63,057 bases of DNA. Source: Clostridia bacterium (GTDB taxonomy: Bacteria > Bacillota > Clostridia > Monoglobales > Monoglobaceae). Positions 8,869-18,829 of this stretch are shown piece after piece; the stretch's first letter is position 1, and each line of letters opens with the position of its first letter. A program made the translations under genes and the position numbers. Under the pieces are notes generated by a model. That model did no database searches and was not told where the DNA came from. It saw only the letters and a program-made list of their open reading frames with translations. The stretch covers positions 1 to 63,057 of the forward strand of contig JAGAIJ010000086.1 of NCBI GenBank assembly GCA_017626595.1. Direction: 5' to 3'.

Positions 8869-10959
8869 ATGAGTAATATTCCCGAAACTTTTGGCTGTAA
8901 TGTCTTTTCGGAAAAGGTTATGAAGGAACGTTTATCCGAAGATACATATAACGCTCTTATAGAAACCATTAAAAACGGCAAGCCTATGAGCGAGGCTGTG
9001 GCTAAGGAAACAGCAAACGCTATGAAGGACTGGGCAATCGAAAAGGGCGTTACACACTACACCCACTGGTTCCAGCCTATGACAGGGGTTACTGCCGAGA
9101 AACACGACAGCTTTATCGCTCCTGACGGAAAGGGAAATGCCATTATGGAATTTTCCGGCAAGGAGCTTATTAAGGGTGAGCCTGACGCATCATCATTCCC
9201 GTCAGGCGGCATCCGTGCAACCTTTGAAGCAAGAGGCTACACCGCATGGGACCCTACAGCTTATGCCTTTATTAAAGATGACACACTTTGTATTCCTACT
9301 GTATTCTTAGCCTACGGCGGAGAGGCTCTTGACAAAAAGACTCCTCTTCTTCGTTCAATGCAGGCAATAAATATTCAGGCTATGCGAATCATCAAGCTTT
9401 TCGGCAACACTACCGCAAAGAGAGTTATTACAACTGTGGGGCCTGAACAGGAATACTTTTTGATTGATAAAAAATTATTTAACAAACGCAAGGACCTTAT
9501 ATACTGCGGAAGAACTCTCTTTGGTGCAAAGCCACCAAAGGGGCAGGAGCTTGACGACCACTATTTCGGCAAAATCAAGCCGAGAGTTGCCGAGTTTATG
9601 AAGGACCTTGACGAAGAACTCTGGAAGCTTGGAGTTTATGCCAAGACAAAGCACAACGAGGCCGCTCCTGCACAGCACGAGCTTGCACCAATCTTCACAG
9701 AAACAAATATCGCAACTGACCACAACCAGCTTACTATGGAAAGAATGCAGGTGGTGGCTGACAGACACGGTATGAAGTGTCTTCTCGCAGAAAAGCCTTT
9801 TGCAGGGGTTAACGGCTCAGGTAAGCACAACAACTGGTCTATTTCTACCGATACAGGGGAAAACCTTCTCAATCCGGGAAAAACTCCTCACGAAAATGCA
9901 CAGTTTCTCCTTTTCCTCTCTGCAGTTATTCAGGCTGTTGACGAGCATCAGGATTTATTAAGAATTTCCGCATCAAGCGCAGGCAACGACCACAGACTCG
10001 GGGCACACGAAGCTCCTCCTGCTATCGTTTCAATGTTTATCGGGGACGATTTAGAGGAAGTTTTAAACGCCATTGAGGCTGACGCACCATACTCCGACAA
10101 GGAAAAGGAAGTTATGAAGCTTGGTGTAAATGTTCTCCCTCGCTTTGCAAAGGATAAGACTGACAGAAACCGTACTTCACCTTTTGCCTTTACAGGTAAC
10201 AAGTTTGAATTCAGAATGCTTGGCTCTTCCGCTTCAATTGCCTGCACAAATGTTATGCTTAACACAATTGTTGCAGACGTTTTGGAAAAATATGCCAACG
10301 AGCTTGAAAAGGCAGAGGACTTTAACGAGGCTGTTCATCAGCTTGTAAAGAGGGTTTACAAAAACCACAAGCGTATTATTTTCAACGGAAACAACTACTC
10401 AGAGGAGTGGGTTTTAGAGGCTGAAAGACGCGGTCTTCTCAATCTTAAGACCACAGTTGACGCCCTTGAACTCTACACCCGCCCTGAAAATATTGAATTA
10501 TTTAAGCATCACGGAATTTATACTGAAAAGGAAGTCCGTTCAAGACGTGACATTCTTTTGGAGGAATATTCAAAGACTGTCAACATCGAGGCACTTACTA
10601 TGGTTGATTTAGTCAGAAAAGACTTTATTCCTGCCGTTATGGACTACACAAAGAAGCTCGCCGACCTTATCAACTCCAAAAAGGCTGTTTCAAAGCACAT
10701 TCCTTGCAGAACCGAAATTTCACTCCTTGAAACTCAGGCAGCGCAGTGCGACGAGATGTTTGTCCGCGTTAAAGAGCTTGAAGGGGCACTTAAAACTGTT
10801 CCTTACACAACACCTCTTGAAACTGCACAGTACTACAAGAACAAAATCGTTCCTGATATGGAGGCACTCCGCGCTATTGTTGACGAAATCGAAGTTAACT
10901 GCGACAGAGAATTCTGGCCTATGCCTTCCTACGGCGACGTAATTTTCAGCGTACAGTAA
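8869..10959 (+). CDS. glnN: Glutamine synthetase, type III
   Basis: ~696 aa with a typical GSIII N-terminus ([22 protein letters not shown]). GGAGG lies 6 nt upstream of the ATG at 8869. The ORF track's upstream extension is not supported. Confidence 0.9.
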   Translation: MSNIPETFGCNVFSEKVMKERLSEDTYNALIETIKNGKPMSEAVAKETANAMKDWAIEKGVTHYTHWFQPMTGVTAEKHDSFIAPDGKGNAIMEFSGKELIKGEPDASSFPSGGIRATFEARGYTAWDPTAYAFIKDDTLCIPTVFLAYGGEALDKKTPLLRSMQAINIQAMRIIKLFGNTTAKRVITTVGPEQEYFLIDKKLFNKRKDLIYCGRTLFGAKPPKGQELDDHYFGKIKPRVAEFMKDLDEELWKLGVYAKTKHNEAAPAQHELAPIFTETNIATDHNQLTMERMQVVADRHGMKCLLAEKPFAGVNGSGKHNNWSISTDTGENLLNPGKTPHENAQFLLFLSAVIQAVDEHQDLLRISASSAGNDHRLGAHEAPPAIVSMFIGDDLEEVLNAIEADAPYSDKEKEVMKLGVNVLPRFAKDKTDRNRTSPFAFTGNKFEFRMLGSSASIACTNVMLNTIVADVLEKYANELEKAEDFNEAVHQLVKRVYKNHKRIIFNGNNYSEEWVLEAERRGLLNLKTTVDALELYTRPENIELFKHHGIYTEKEVRSRRDILLEEYSKTVNIEALTMVDLVRKDFIPAVMDYTKKLADLINSKKAVSKHIPCRTEISLLETQAAQCDEMFVRVKELEGALKTVPYTTPLETAQYYKNKIVPDMEALRAIVDEIEVNCDREFWPMPSYGDVIFSVQ

Positions 10960-11213
10960 TGGGGTTTAGGTATTTCGAAAACAGGGATTGTGAATTTTAT
11001 CCCTGTCATAAAAGCGACTCTTTAAACTGTCTTTTCTGTTTCTGTCCACTTTACAATATGGAGGACTGTGGCGGGAATTTTGAAATTATCAAATCTGCCG
11101 ACGGAAAGAACATTAAGGATTGCAGTCATTGTCTTGTGCCTCACCAGAAAGACGGCTATGATTACATTATTAAAAAATTAAAGGATGAAGAGGTCGAGTG
11201 CAATAAGAAATAA
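10959..11213 (+). CDS. Cysteine-rich small domain protein (putative metal-binding)
   Basis: 84 aa with clustered Cys/His residues (CEFYPCH...CLFCFCP...C...CSHC). The start overlaps the glnN stop (TAATG). Confidence 0.7.
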   Translation: MGFRYFENRDCEFYPCHKSDSLNCLFCFCPLYNMEDCGGNFEIIKSADGKNIKDCSHCLVPHQKDGYDYIIKKLKDEEVECNKK

Positions 11214-11382
11214 TTGTCCTGAATTCTTTATTTCAGGATGCGAAGCAGTTTTGACCCTTTGATTTTTCGAATCAGACAAGCAACAAAAATCCCGTAATAC
11301 TTTGTGTATTACGGGATTTTTTTGTGAAGTATCAACGGAAAATCAGCGGTCAAAACCATTTCTTTCTTGTTGTTCTCGACCT
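11191..11382 (+). repeat. Family A intergenic palindromic element, copy 2
   Basis: It has the same termini (AGGTCGAG...CTCGACCT), an identical central hairpin (11285-11323) and the side hairpin tcctgaa...ttcagga. The first 23 nt lie inside the preceding CDS. Confidence 0.8.
11285..11323. terminator. Bidirectional terminator (core of family A copy 2) between the Cys-rich gene and the GH38 gene
   Basis: aaaaa tcccgtaatac tttgt gtattacggga ttttttt, identical to copy 1. Confidence 0.8.
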
Positions 11383-11404
11383 CATTAGTCTTCATCCTTT
11401 TTTG

Positions 11405-14400
11405 TTATCTTTTGAATTTAAGGGTTACAATTTCAAAGTTCTTTACAGGTACTTTTACTTCATTATCCGCTGTTTCAAGCTTTTCAAGTTCATTTTCAAG
11501 CATGTCGCAAACATATACTTCCTTGAAATCGAATGCTGTTTTAAGGGTTGCAACTCCTCGTCTGTCAAAGGCATCGTAAAGTCTTACGATAATATCGTCG
11601 CTGTTTTCAGCCCTCTTTACAGTTTCAATGAATACATTTTCCTTGTCGCAGGAAAGGAGTGACCATACTTCTTTTTCTGTGCCCTCTGTTTTGCCGATTT
11701 CTCTTGCAATAAGCGGTTTATTCAAAGCATAAGCCTCTTTAACTGTCTTATGTCTGTAGCTTCCTGTATGAGGGAGAATTGAATAAACAAACTCGTGGTG
11801 GCATTTATCAGCCTCAGGGTATGGGTATGTTGCGCACTTGATAAGGGAAAGTGTAATCTTATTACCCTTGGCGCTGTAACCGTACTTACAGTCATTTAAA
11901 ATACTTACGCCGTATTCGTCCTCTGAAATATCAGCCCACTTATGAGCGCAAACCTCAAACTTTGCATCGTCCCAGGTTGTATTTCTATGAGTAGGGCGCT
12001 TTAAGTTACCGAACTGGATTTCGTAGGTTGCTTCACTTGCGTGAACATCAACAGGGAATTCCGCTTTAACAAAAACGTGGCTCTCTTTCCAGTCAGCCTC
12101 AGTCCTTACATCAATTCTTTCAACTCCGTTGTAGAGGAGGATTTCCTGAGTTACTGTGGACTTGCCGTACTTTCTTGTAATCTTAACTCCCGCTTCGTCC
12201 CCACGGTTTATAACCTCAACCCTTTCCACATTATCCATTGGCCACATTTTTTCTTCGTAGTAAGCGCTAAGCTCCCAGGCGTCATAGTCTCTTGGGAAAT
12301 CTTCGTAAACGCAAATCCGGTTAATAACCTTGTCCTTTTGAACAACCTCACGGTTATTCTTCTTATCAAAGAGGGACTTAATATTCATATTTTCGTCAAA
12401 TTCAATTCTGTATAAGTCGTTTTCAAGTCTTTCCTTTGATGCAAAAATTTCATTGCCTGTCTTAAATTCCTTTACAACCTTATAACCAAAAGCAGGAATA
12501 TCTGAAACATAAACTTTCTTGCCGTCCTTTTCAACGATGCCGTCTGTTACGAAGGAATTAGGGTTATAAACGAAAAGTCCACCATCAGTTTTCACATTCT
12601 TCATAAGGCTTTCAAGCTTTTCGTCTTCTATCTTCTTTCCGCTTTCAAAAATTGCGCCGTACATTTCGTCTGAATCGTCATAAACGCCCTGAACAGATGA
12701 ACCAGGAATAACATCGTGGAACTGGTTTACGAGGATTGTATCCCAGGCGTTATCAATTTCAGCCTTTGGATAATCTCCGCCCTTTAACATATCCATAACA
12801 GATAATGTTTCGTTCTGTTCCCACAAAAATTCGCTCTTTCTGTTATTTCTCTTATTCTTGGCAATTGAAGTATATGTACCTCTGTGGAATTCAAGATAAA
12901 GTTCTCCTACCCAGCGTGGCATTTCCTTAAAGAACTTCTGACTTTCCTCAAAATTCATTTCAACTTTATCAAGGAAATCTCCTGCAAAAGCAATCTTTGT
13001 CTTTGGCACGCCAGGGAGACCCTTTTCTGTTCTCTTTAAGGTTTCAAGCTGTTCTCTTCTTGGACCGCCGCCACCGTCACCTGCACCGAATGTAATAATG
13101 GTGTCCTTATTATATTCTTTCTGCTGGTAGCGGTTATATGTTCCCAAAATGTGGTCAGGAGTAACCTCTCCGTTATATGTAGTATAGAATTTCCCTGCCT
13201 TATATTCCTTTGCGATACAGCAGGTTAAGAAATAGGAGAAAATATCTGTTCCGTCAATGCCCTCCCACATAAATGTGTCATAAGGCATCTGGTTTGTTTC
13301 GTTCCAGTTTATCTTTGATGTTACAAACTTTTCTACTCCCGATTTTTTAAGAATCTGTGGGAGAGCTGCACTGTAACCGAATACGTCAGGGAGCCAGAGC
13401 ACACGGCTGTCTACCCCAAACTTATCCTTCATATATTTCTTTCCGTAGAGAATCTGTCTTATAAGACTTTCACCGCTGGAGAGGTTACAGTCGGCTTCAA
13501 GCCACATTGCTCCCTCAACTTCCCAGCGTCCCTCTTTAACTCTTTTCTGAATTTCCTCAAAGAGTCTTGGGTCTTCCTTTTCCACATACTTATAAAGCTG
13601 TGGCTGGGAGGACATAAACTTATATTCAGGGTAATCCTTCATAAGATTTAATACTGTGGCAAAGCTTCTCTGTGCCTTTTCACAGGTCTGTCTAAGTCTC
13701 CAGAGCCATGCAACGTCAATATGTGTATGGCCGATACAGTAAACTGTTTCCTCTGATTTTCCGCAAACCTTTTCGTAAAATTCTTCCTTTAAGAATTTTC
13801 TTGCCTTTTCAACTGATTCAAAAAAGGCTTCGTCACCCGGGTTTCTTAAATCAAGAAGGTCGCAGGCACGTGAAAGGTACTTTATTGGTTCAATATGCTC
13901 CTTTGAATCCTTGTCAAATTCAAGGGCTGCAAGATACGGCACATTCATATCATAGAAAAGCGCCTCAACTCTTTCGTCAGTTTCAAGAACCTGTGGAATG
14001 AAATTAAGAGCACTGTTTGCACCATTCTTATAGAAATAAATCTTTGCGTCGTATTCTCTGCCTGATTCGATATGCACATAATGGTGATTGATATCAAAAG
14101 ACTGTGTCATTTCTTCGTCAAGATAAATAAGCCCCTGTGGGTTATGAGCATCCCATGTATAAAGCGGGCCTGTTACAACACGGAGGTAGTGCGCCTTATG
14201 CGCCTGCTTTTCAGGAGTTTTAACCTTCATTTTAAACCAGAAATGCGCCTCTCCGTCTGTGTTTAACTTAAAGGCTTCAGGGTCAAAAGGCTTAAAATCA
14301 TATTCCTTATCCTTTTCAAACTCTTTATATCCACACTCTGTATAAGTTATATCCTTTATCTCAAACAGAGTTTTTGTCATCTGCTGTTCGATGACCTGAA

Positions 14401-14434
14401 TTGTTTTCCTGACTTTATCCTCTGTAAATCTCAT
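11405..14434 (-). CDS. GH38 alpha-mannosidase (cytoplasmic)
   Basis: 1009 aa with the GHTHIDVAWLW motif and no signal peptide. Confidence 0.9.
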   Translation of the reverse strand: MRFTEDKVRKTIQVIEQQMTKTLFEIKDITYTECGYKEFEKDKEYDFKPFDPEAFKLNTDGEAHFWFKMKVKTPEKQAHKAHYLRVVTGPLYTWDAHNPQGLIYLDEEMTQSFDINHHYVHIESGREYDAKIYFYKNGANSALNFIPQVLETDERVEALFYDMNVPYLAALEFDKDSKEHIEPIKYLSRACDLLDLRNPGDEAFFESVEKARKFLKEEFYEKVCGKSEETVYCIGHTHIDVAWLWRLRQTCEKAQRSFATVLNLMKDYPEYKFMSSQPQLYKYVEKEDPRLFEEIQKRVKEGRWEVEGAMWLEADCNLSSGESLIRQILYGKKYMKDKFGVDSRVLWLPDVFGYSAALPQILKKSGVEKFVTSKINWNETNQMPYDTFMWEGIDGTDIFSYFLTCCIAKEYKAGKFYTTYNGEVTPDHILGTYNRYQQKEYNKDTIITFGAGDGGGGPRREQLETLKRTEKGLPGVPKTKIAFAGDFLDKVEMNFEESQKFFKEMPRWVGELYLEFHRGTYTSIAKNKRNNRKSEFLWEQNETLSVMDMLKGGDYPKAEIDNAWDTILVNQFHDVIPGSSVQGVYDDSDEMYGAIFESGKKIEDEKLESLMKNVKTDGGLFVYNPNSFVTDGIVEKDGKKVYVSDIPAFGYKVVKEFKTGNEIFASKERLENDLYRIEFDENMNIKSLFDKKNNREVVQKDKVINRICVYEDFPRDYDAWELSAYYEEKMWPMDNVERVEVINRGDEAGVKITRKYGKSTVTQEILLYNGVERIDVRTEADWKESHVFVKAEFPVDVHASEATYEIQFGNLKRPTHRNTTWDDAKFEVCAHKWADISEDEYGVSILNDCKYGYSAKGNKITLSLIKCATYPYPEADKCHHEFVYSILPHTGSYRHKTVKEAYALNKPLIAREIGKTEGTEKEVWSLLSCDKENVFIETVKRAENSDDIIVRLYDAFDRRGVATLKTAFDFKEVYVCDMLENELEKLETADNEVKVPVKNFEIVTLKFKR

Positions 14435-15468
14435 TTCTGTTCCCCTTTCTTTTTCTTGCCGTTCTTATTTCTGTATTCAATAGGAGATGTTCCAAACTCT
14501 TTCTTAAACACTCTTGAAAAATAATTTACTCTTGTATAGCCTACATCCAGCGCTATATCATTTATAGGAATATCTGTTTCTGCAAGGAGCTTTTTAGAAG
14601 CCTCCATTCTTACAGAGGTCAGATATTTTGGAATTGAAATTCCTGCGTGTTGCTTAAAAATATCATTTATATAATTTGGAGAGAACTTGAAAATTTCAGC
14701 AATTTTCTGCACTCCGAAATCAGATTTACCGTAATTATTCTGCACTGTTTCGCGTATGCTTTCTGTAATGGAGTTATAATAATCTGCCTTTCTGCCCTCA
14801 TCAAAACGGAGAAAGTTATTATATCTTTCCTCTGTATATTCAAGGACTCTCTTTGCAGAATTCATAGAAAGAATAACTGCGTCAGCTCCCTCTCTCTGTT
14901 TTCTTGCATTCTTAAAGCCCAGCTTTTCAAGATAGTCATAAAGCACATTTATAAGCTTCATACAAACTAAAATCAGGTTCGCTCCGCTTATTTCCTTTGC
15001 CTTAAGCTCTTTGAAAATTCCCGCGAAAAATCCCGTTTCATTCTTCATCATTGCACGGAGAGAATCTTCCTCAAACTTTCTGTCAACAAGGATTTTTGCC
15101 ACAAATACAAGCTCTTCCTTCTTTTTATGGGCAGCCTTTAAACTCTCTGTTATAACAGCTATACCCTCAGGGGTAAACTTTTTTTCAACAACTGTTATTC
15201 CGTTAAGTTCTGCATTTTTAACCCCGCCCATTATTACAATTGTAAGATATGGCGCGTTTTCGGTCAAATCCTTAATTGCCTTTTCCGTCATTTTCTCGCC
15301 GGCAGCAATCAAAACATCAATATTACTTTTTATAACAAAGTCAACTATGTTAACTATTTTAACTTCAGGTTCAAAGATTTCACAGCCCTGTTTTTTCCAG
15401 TTTATTTTCTTGTTAAGAGCGAAAAAAATCTCGGGCTCATCATAGATAAATACCTTAAGCATATACAT
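14431..15468 (-). CDS. AraC/XylS family transcriptional regulator with an N-terminal receiver-like domain
   Basis: The C-terminal HTH_AraC region is FSPNYINDIFK...DIALDVGYTRVNYFSRVFKKEFGTSPIEYR. The stop overlaps the GH38 start (ATGA). Confidence 0.8.
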   Translation of the reverse strand: MYMLKVFIYDEPEIFFALNKKINWKKQGCEIFEPEVKIVNIVDFVIKSNIDVLIAAGEKMTEKAIKDLTENAPYLTIVIMGGVKNAELNGITVVEKKFTPEGIAVITESLKAAHKKKEELVFVAKILVDRKFEEDSLRAMMKNETGFFAGIFKELKAKEISGANLILVCMKLINVLYDYLEKLGFKNARKQREGADAVILSMNSAKRVLEYTEERYNNFLRFDEGRKADYYNSITESIRETVQNNYGKSDFGVQKIAEIFKFSPNYINDIFKQHAGISIPKYLTSVRMEASKKLLAETDIPINDIALDVGYTRVNYFSRVFKKEFGTSPIEYRNKNGKKKKGEQK

Positions 15469-15573
15469 CTCTCCATTTATCTTTTTTACATTTATACTTT
15501 ACTCTATAATTAAAAACTTGTCAATAATTATGTTGACATTTTCCGAAAAAATGATATCCTAAAACTATGGACG

Positions 15574-16746
15574 GTGATTATTATGATTTCTGTTTTAGCA
15601 AGGCTTTTTATCCCTGACTATAAAAGCTTTTCTTCTCCCAATGTAAGAAAGGCTTACGGCACTCTTTCAAGTGCTTTGGGGATTATATTAAATGTACTTT
15701 TATTTATAATTAAATTTGTGGCGGGAACTCTCTCGGGAGCCATTTCCGTTACGGCCGATGCCTTTAACAATCTCTCCGATGCAGGCTCATCCTTAGTCAC
15801 TCTTTTAGGCTTCCGTCTTGGAGGGAAAAGGCCTGACACAGACCACCCATTCGGCCACGGAAGAATTGAATACATTTCAGGGCTTATTGTGTCATTCCTC
15901 ATTCTTCTTATGGGCTTTGAGCTTTTTAAGTCATCAATCTTAAAAATTATAAACCCAACACCTATCACCTCAAGCCCTTACGCTTTAGCTATTCTTATTA
16001 TTTCAATAATTATCAAGATTTATATGGCCATATACAACAAAAATGTGGGGAAGAAAATTCACTCACCTGCTATGCTTGCAACCTCTGCCGACAGCTTAAG
16101 CGACTGTATTGCAACCCTTGCAACACTCATTTCCCTTTTACTTGTCCGCTTCTTAGACATCAACATTGACGGTTATGCAGGAATTTTAGTTGCGTTATTC
16201 ATCTTCTATGCAGGCTATACAGCTATGAAAGAGGTTCTTGGCCCGATTTTAGGTCAGGCTCCCGACCCACAGCTTGTTTCAGACATTGAAGAAATTATCA
16301 GGAAAAGTCCTGTAACAAAGGGTATTCACGGTCTTATCGTTCACGACTACGGCCCGGGCAGGCTCTTTATCTCCGTTCATGTGGAGGTTGACGGCAAGGA
16401 GGATATCTACTCCCTCCACAACGCCATTGACATTATCGAAAAGGAGCTTGAAAGCACTCTGGATTGTGGCGCTGTTATTCACATGGACCCACTTAAAGCT
16501 GATGACGAGGAAACACAAAGTCTCAGAACTCAGATTTTAGAGGCTGTTCAGGAGAAAATTGACAGTCGCATCGACATTCACGATTTCAGGATTGTACCGG
16601 GACGATCCCACACAAATATCATTTTTGACGCCTTTGTTCCCTTTGATTTGGAGAAATCGGAAAAAGAGCTTACAGAGGAAATTATTAAAGCTGTATCAGG
16701 TATCGACCCTGAGTACCACTGCATATTAAAAATTGACAGAAAATAA
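15574..16746 (+). CDS. Cation diffusion facilitator (CDF) family metal efflux transporter
   Basis: Six TM segments, motifs ADAFNNLSD and SADSLSD, and a C-terminal cytoplasmic dimerisation domain. The ORF begins at a GTG; the ATG at 15583 is an alternative start. Confidence 0.85.
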   Translation: MIIMISVLARLFIPDYKSFSSPNVRKAYGTLSSALGIILNVLLFIIKFVAGTLSGAISVTADAFNNLSDAGSSLVTLLGFRLGGKRPDTDHPFGHGRIEYISGLIVSFLILLMGFELFKSSILKIINPTPITSSPYALAILIISIIIKIYMAIYNKNVGKKIHSPAMLATSADSLSDCIATLATLISLLLVRFLDINIDGYAGILVALFIFYAGYTAMKEVLGPILGQAPDPQLVSDIEEIIRKSPVTKGIHGLIVHDYGPGRLFISVHVEVDGKEDIYSLHNAIDIIEKELESTLDCGAVIHMDPLKADDEETQSLRTQILEAVQEKIDSRIDIHDFRIVPGRSHTNIIFDAFVPFDLEKSEKELTEEIIKAVSGIDPEYHCILKIDRK

Positions 16747-16773
16747 AAAGAGAGGCAAGGCGTCTTTCCATAA

Positions 16774-16840
16774 GGAGAAGTCAATTTGGATTTTTATATT
16801 AAAAAGCCTTACAACACAAAGTGTTGTAAGGCTTTATTTT
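16774..16840 (+). repeat. Family B terminator-carrying repeat, copy 1
   Basis: GGAGAAGTCAATTTGGATTT...AAAAGCCTTACAACAcaaaGTGTTGTAAGGCTTTATT is nearly the same as 53463-53528. Confidence 0.75.
16802..16840. terminator. Bidirectional terminator between the CDF gene and tatD
   Basis: aaaagccttacaacac aaa gtgttgtaaggctttatttt. Confidence 0.75.
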
Positions 16841-16895
16841 ATATCCAAACAATTTATTGCTTATCCCTTTGGGAAGGCGCCTAAAAGGCCTCTCT

Positions 16896-17660
16896 TTAAT
16901 TTATACCAAAAAATCTTTTTGCGTTTTCAGTTGTTATTCTCTTAACCTCTTCAACGTCTATTCCCTTTATCTCTGCAAACTTTTCGGCTACCCTTATTAC
17001 ATTTCCGCTATGGTTTCTTGTGCCTCTAACAGGCTCAGGCGCCATATAAGGTGCGTCTGTTTCGATAAAAAGTCTTTCAATTGGAATTGCTTTTACCGCC
17101 TCAACGGCTTTTCTTGCATTCTTAAAGGTTACTACACCTGTAAAGGAAATAAAAAATCCCATATCAAGAAGGATTTTTGCAGTTTCTGCACTTCCTGAAA
17201 AGCAGTGCATAACGCCCTTATGGATATCCATCTCCTTAAGAATTTCTATGCACTGTCCCTTGCTTTCTCTGTCGTGAATTACAACAGGCATATCAAGTTC
17301 CTTTGCAAGTTCAAGCTGTCTTTTGAACCAAAACCTTTGTTCCTCCTCGCTTGTGCCGTCCATATAGTGATAGTCAAGCCCGATTTCGCCGATTGCAACT
17401 ACCTTTTCGTGCTTTGCCATTTCGCGAAGCTCCTCAATATCCTTTTCAGTCATTCCTCCAACTTCACTTGGGTGAACGCCTACTGTTGCATATACAAAAT
17501 CGTGATTTTCAGCAAGTCTTATGCTGTCGCGGGAGCTTTCCATATCTGCTCCGATATTATTTATCAGGTCAACGCCCTCCTGATGAACCTTTTCTAAAAG
17601 TTCATCTCTGTCCCCGGCAAATTCCTCCGAGTCGAAGTGGGCATGTGTATCATAAAGCAT
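16896..17660 (-). CDS. TatD family metal-dependent hydrolase/DNase
   Basis: MLYDTHAHFD...IGEIGLDYH...ETDAPY signatures. Confidence 0.9.
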   Translation of the reverse strand: MLYDTHAHFDSEEFAGDRDELLEKVHQEGVDLINNIGADMESSRDSIRLAENHDFVYATVGVHPSEVGGMTEKDIEELREMAKHEKVVAIGEIGLDYHYMDGTSEEEQRFWFKRQLELAKELDMPVVIHDRESKGQCIEILKEMDIHKGVMHCFSGSAETAKILLDMGFFISFTGVVTFKNARKAVEAVKAIPIERLFIETDAPYMAPEPVRGTRNHSGNVIRVAEKFAEIKGIDVEEVKRITTENAKRFFGIN

Positions 17661-18829
17661 TATTTTACCTTCTTTATAAATCTTTCAATAGCTTTTAAGG
17701 CTATGTTTATATCCTCAACCGAATAAGCGTAAGAGCATCTTATAAAGCCCTCGCCTGATTCCCCGAAAGCGTTACCCGGGACAACCGCTACCTTTTCGGA
17801 CATAAGGAGCTGTTCACAGAATTCTTCAGATGTGAGGCCTGTGCTCTTTATGCAAGGGAAAGCATAAAATGCGCCCTTTGGTTCAAAGCAAGTCAGCCCC
17901 ATATCATTAAAGCCTTTTACGATTACTCGTCTTCTGCGGTCATATTCTTCCCTCATTACTGCAATATCATCGTCACCATTTCTTAAGGCTTCGATTGCAG
18001 CGTGCTGGGCAAGGGTCGGAGCAGACATAATTGCAAACTGGTGCACCTTTGTCATCATCCTTATAATTTCCTTATTTCCACAGGCATAGCCAAGTCGCCA
18101 GCCTGTCATAGCATAGCACTTTGAAAAACCGCTTACTATAACTGTTCTTTCATACATTCCGTCAATTTCAGCTATGGACACGTGCTGTCCCTCATAAGTA
18201 AGCTCTGCGTAGATTTCGTCGGAAAGCACAAGGATATCTGTGCCTCTTAAAACCTCTGCAATTTCCTCTAAATCCTCTCTCCTCATAATTCCCCCTGTTG
18301 GGTTATTAGGATATGGGAGGATAAGCACCTTTGTTTTAGGCGTAATTGCCTGCTTCAATTCTTCGGCTGTAAGTCTGAACTCATTTTCAACCTTTGTTTC
18401 AATAGGAACAGCCACGCCCCCTGCAAAGTTTACAATAGGCTTATAGCAAACAAAGCTTGGTTCAGGAACTAAAACTTCGTCCCCGGGGTTTACAACTGTT
18501 CGTATAAACAGATCGATAGCTTCGCTACCGCCTACTGTTACAATTATCTCGCTTAGTGGGTCATATTCAACCTTAAAGCGTCTTTTCATATACTTTGAAA
18601 GCTCAACACGGAGCTCCTTTATACCTGCGTTTGAGGTATAGTGGGTCTTACCCTTTTCCAAGGATGTAATTCCCACTTCTCTGATGTGCCATGGGGTTAC
18701 AAAATCAGGTTCCCCAACGCCTAAAGACACAACATCATCCATCTCGGCAGCTAAATCAAAGAATTTTCTTATGCCTGATGGCGGTGTGCCAATTACCGTT
18801 TTATTTAAAAGTTCTTTTATATCTCTCAT
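17660..18829 (-). CDS. Class I/II pyridoxal-phosphate aminotransferase (aspartate aminotransferase-like)
   Basis: LGVGEPDF, NPTG and SGFSKCYAMTGWRLGY (PLP lysine region). The stop overlaps the tatD start (TAATG). Confidence 0.85.
   Translation of the reverse strand: MRDIKELLNKTVIGTPPSGIRKFFDLAAEMDDVVSLGVGEPDFVTPWHIREVGITSLEKGKTHYTSNAGIKELRVELSKYMKRRFKVEYDPLSEIIVTVGGSEAIDLFIRTVVNPGDEVLVPEPSFVCYKPIVNFAGGVAVPIETKVENEFRLTAEELKQAITPKTKVLILPYPNNPTGGIMRREDLEEIAEVLRGTDILVLSDEIYAELTYEGQHVSIAEIDGMYERTVIVSGFSKCYAMTGWRLGYACGNKEIIRMMTKVHQFAIMSAPTLAQHAAIEALRNGDDDIAVMREEYDRRRRVIVKGFNDMGLTCFEPKGAFYAFPCIKSTGLTSEEFCEQLLMSEKVAVVPGNAFGESGEGFIRCSYAYSVEDINIALKAIERFIKKVK

Noticed and set aside
11324-11662. A 112-aa + strand ORF starting inside family A copy 2 (MKYQRKISGQNHFF...), with a similar 25-codon ORF in copy 1 (MKYKLKIGLQNHYFLITLDLIIHPL); considered as a type I toxin-like peptide encoded by the repeat
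   Set aside because: The equivalent frame in copy 3 has an immediate stop (TTG ACG TAG). The similarity is explained by DNA-level repeat conservation. The long version runs antisense through the GH38 gene and has no RBS.
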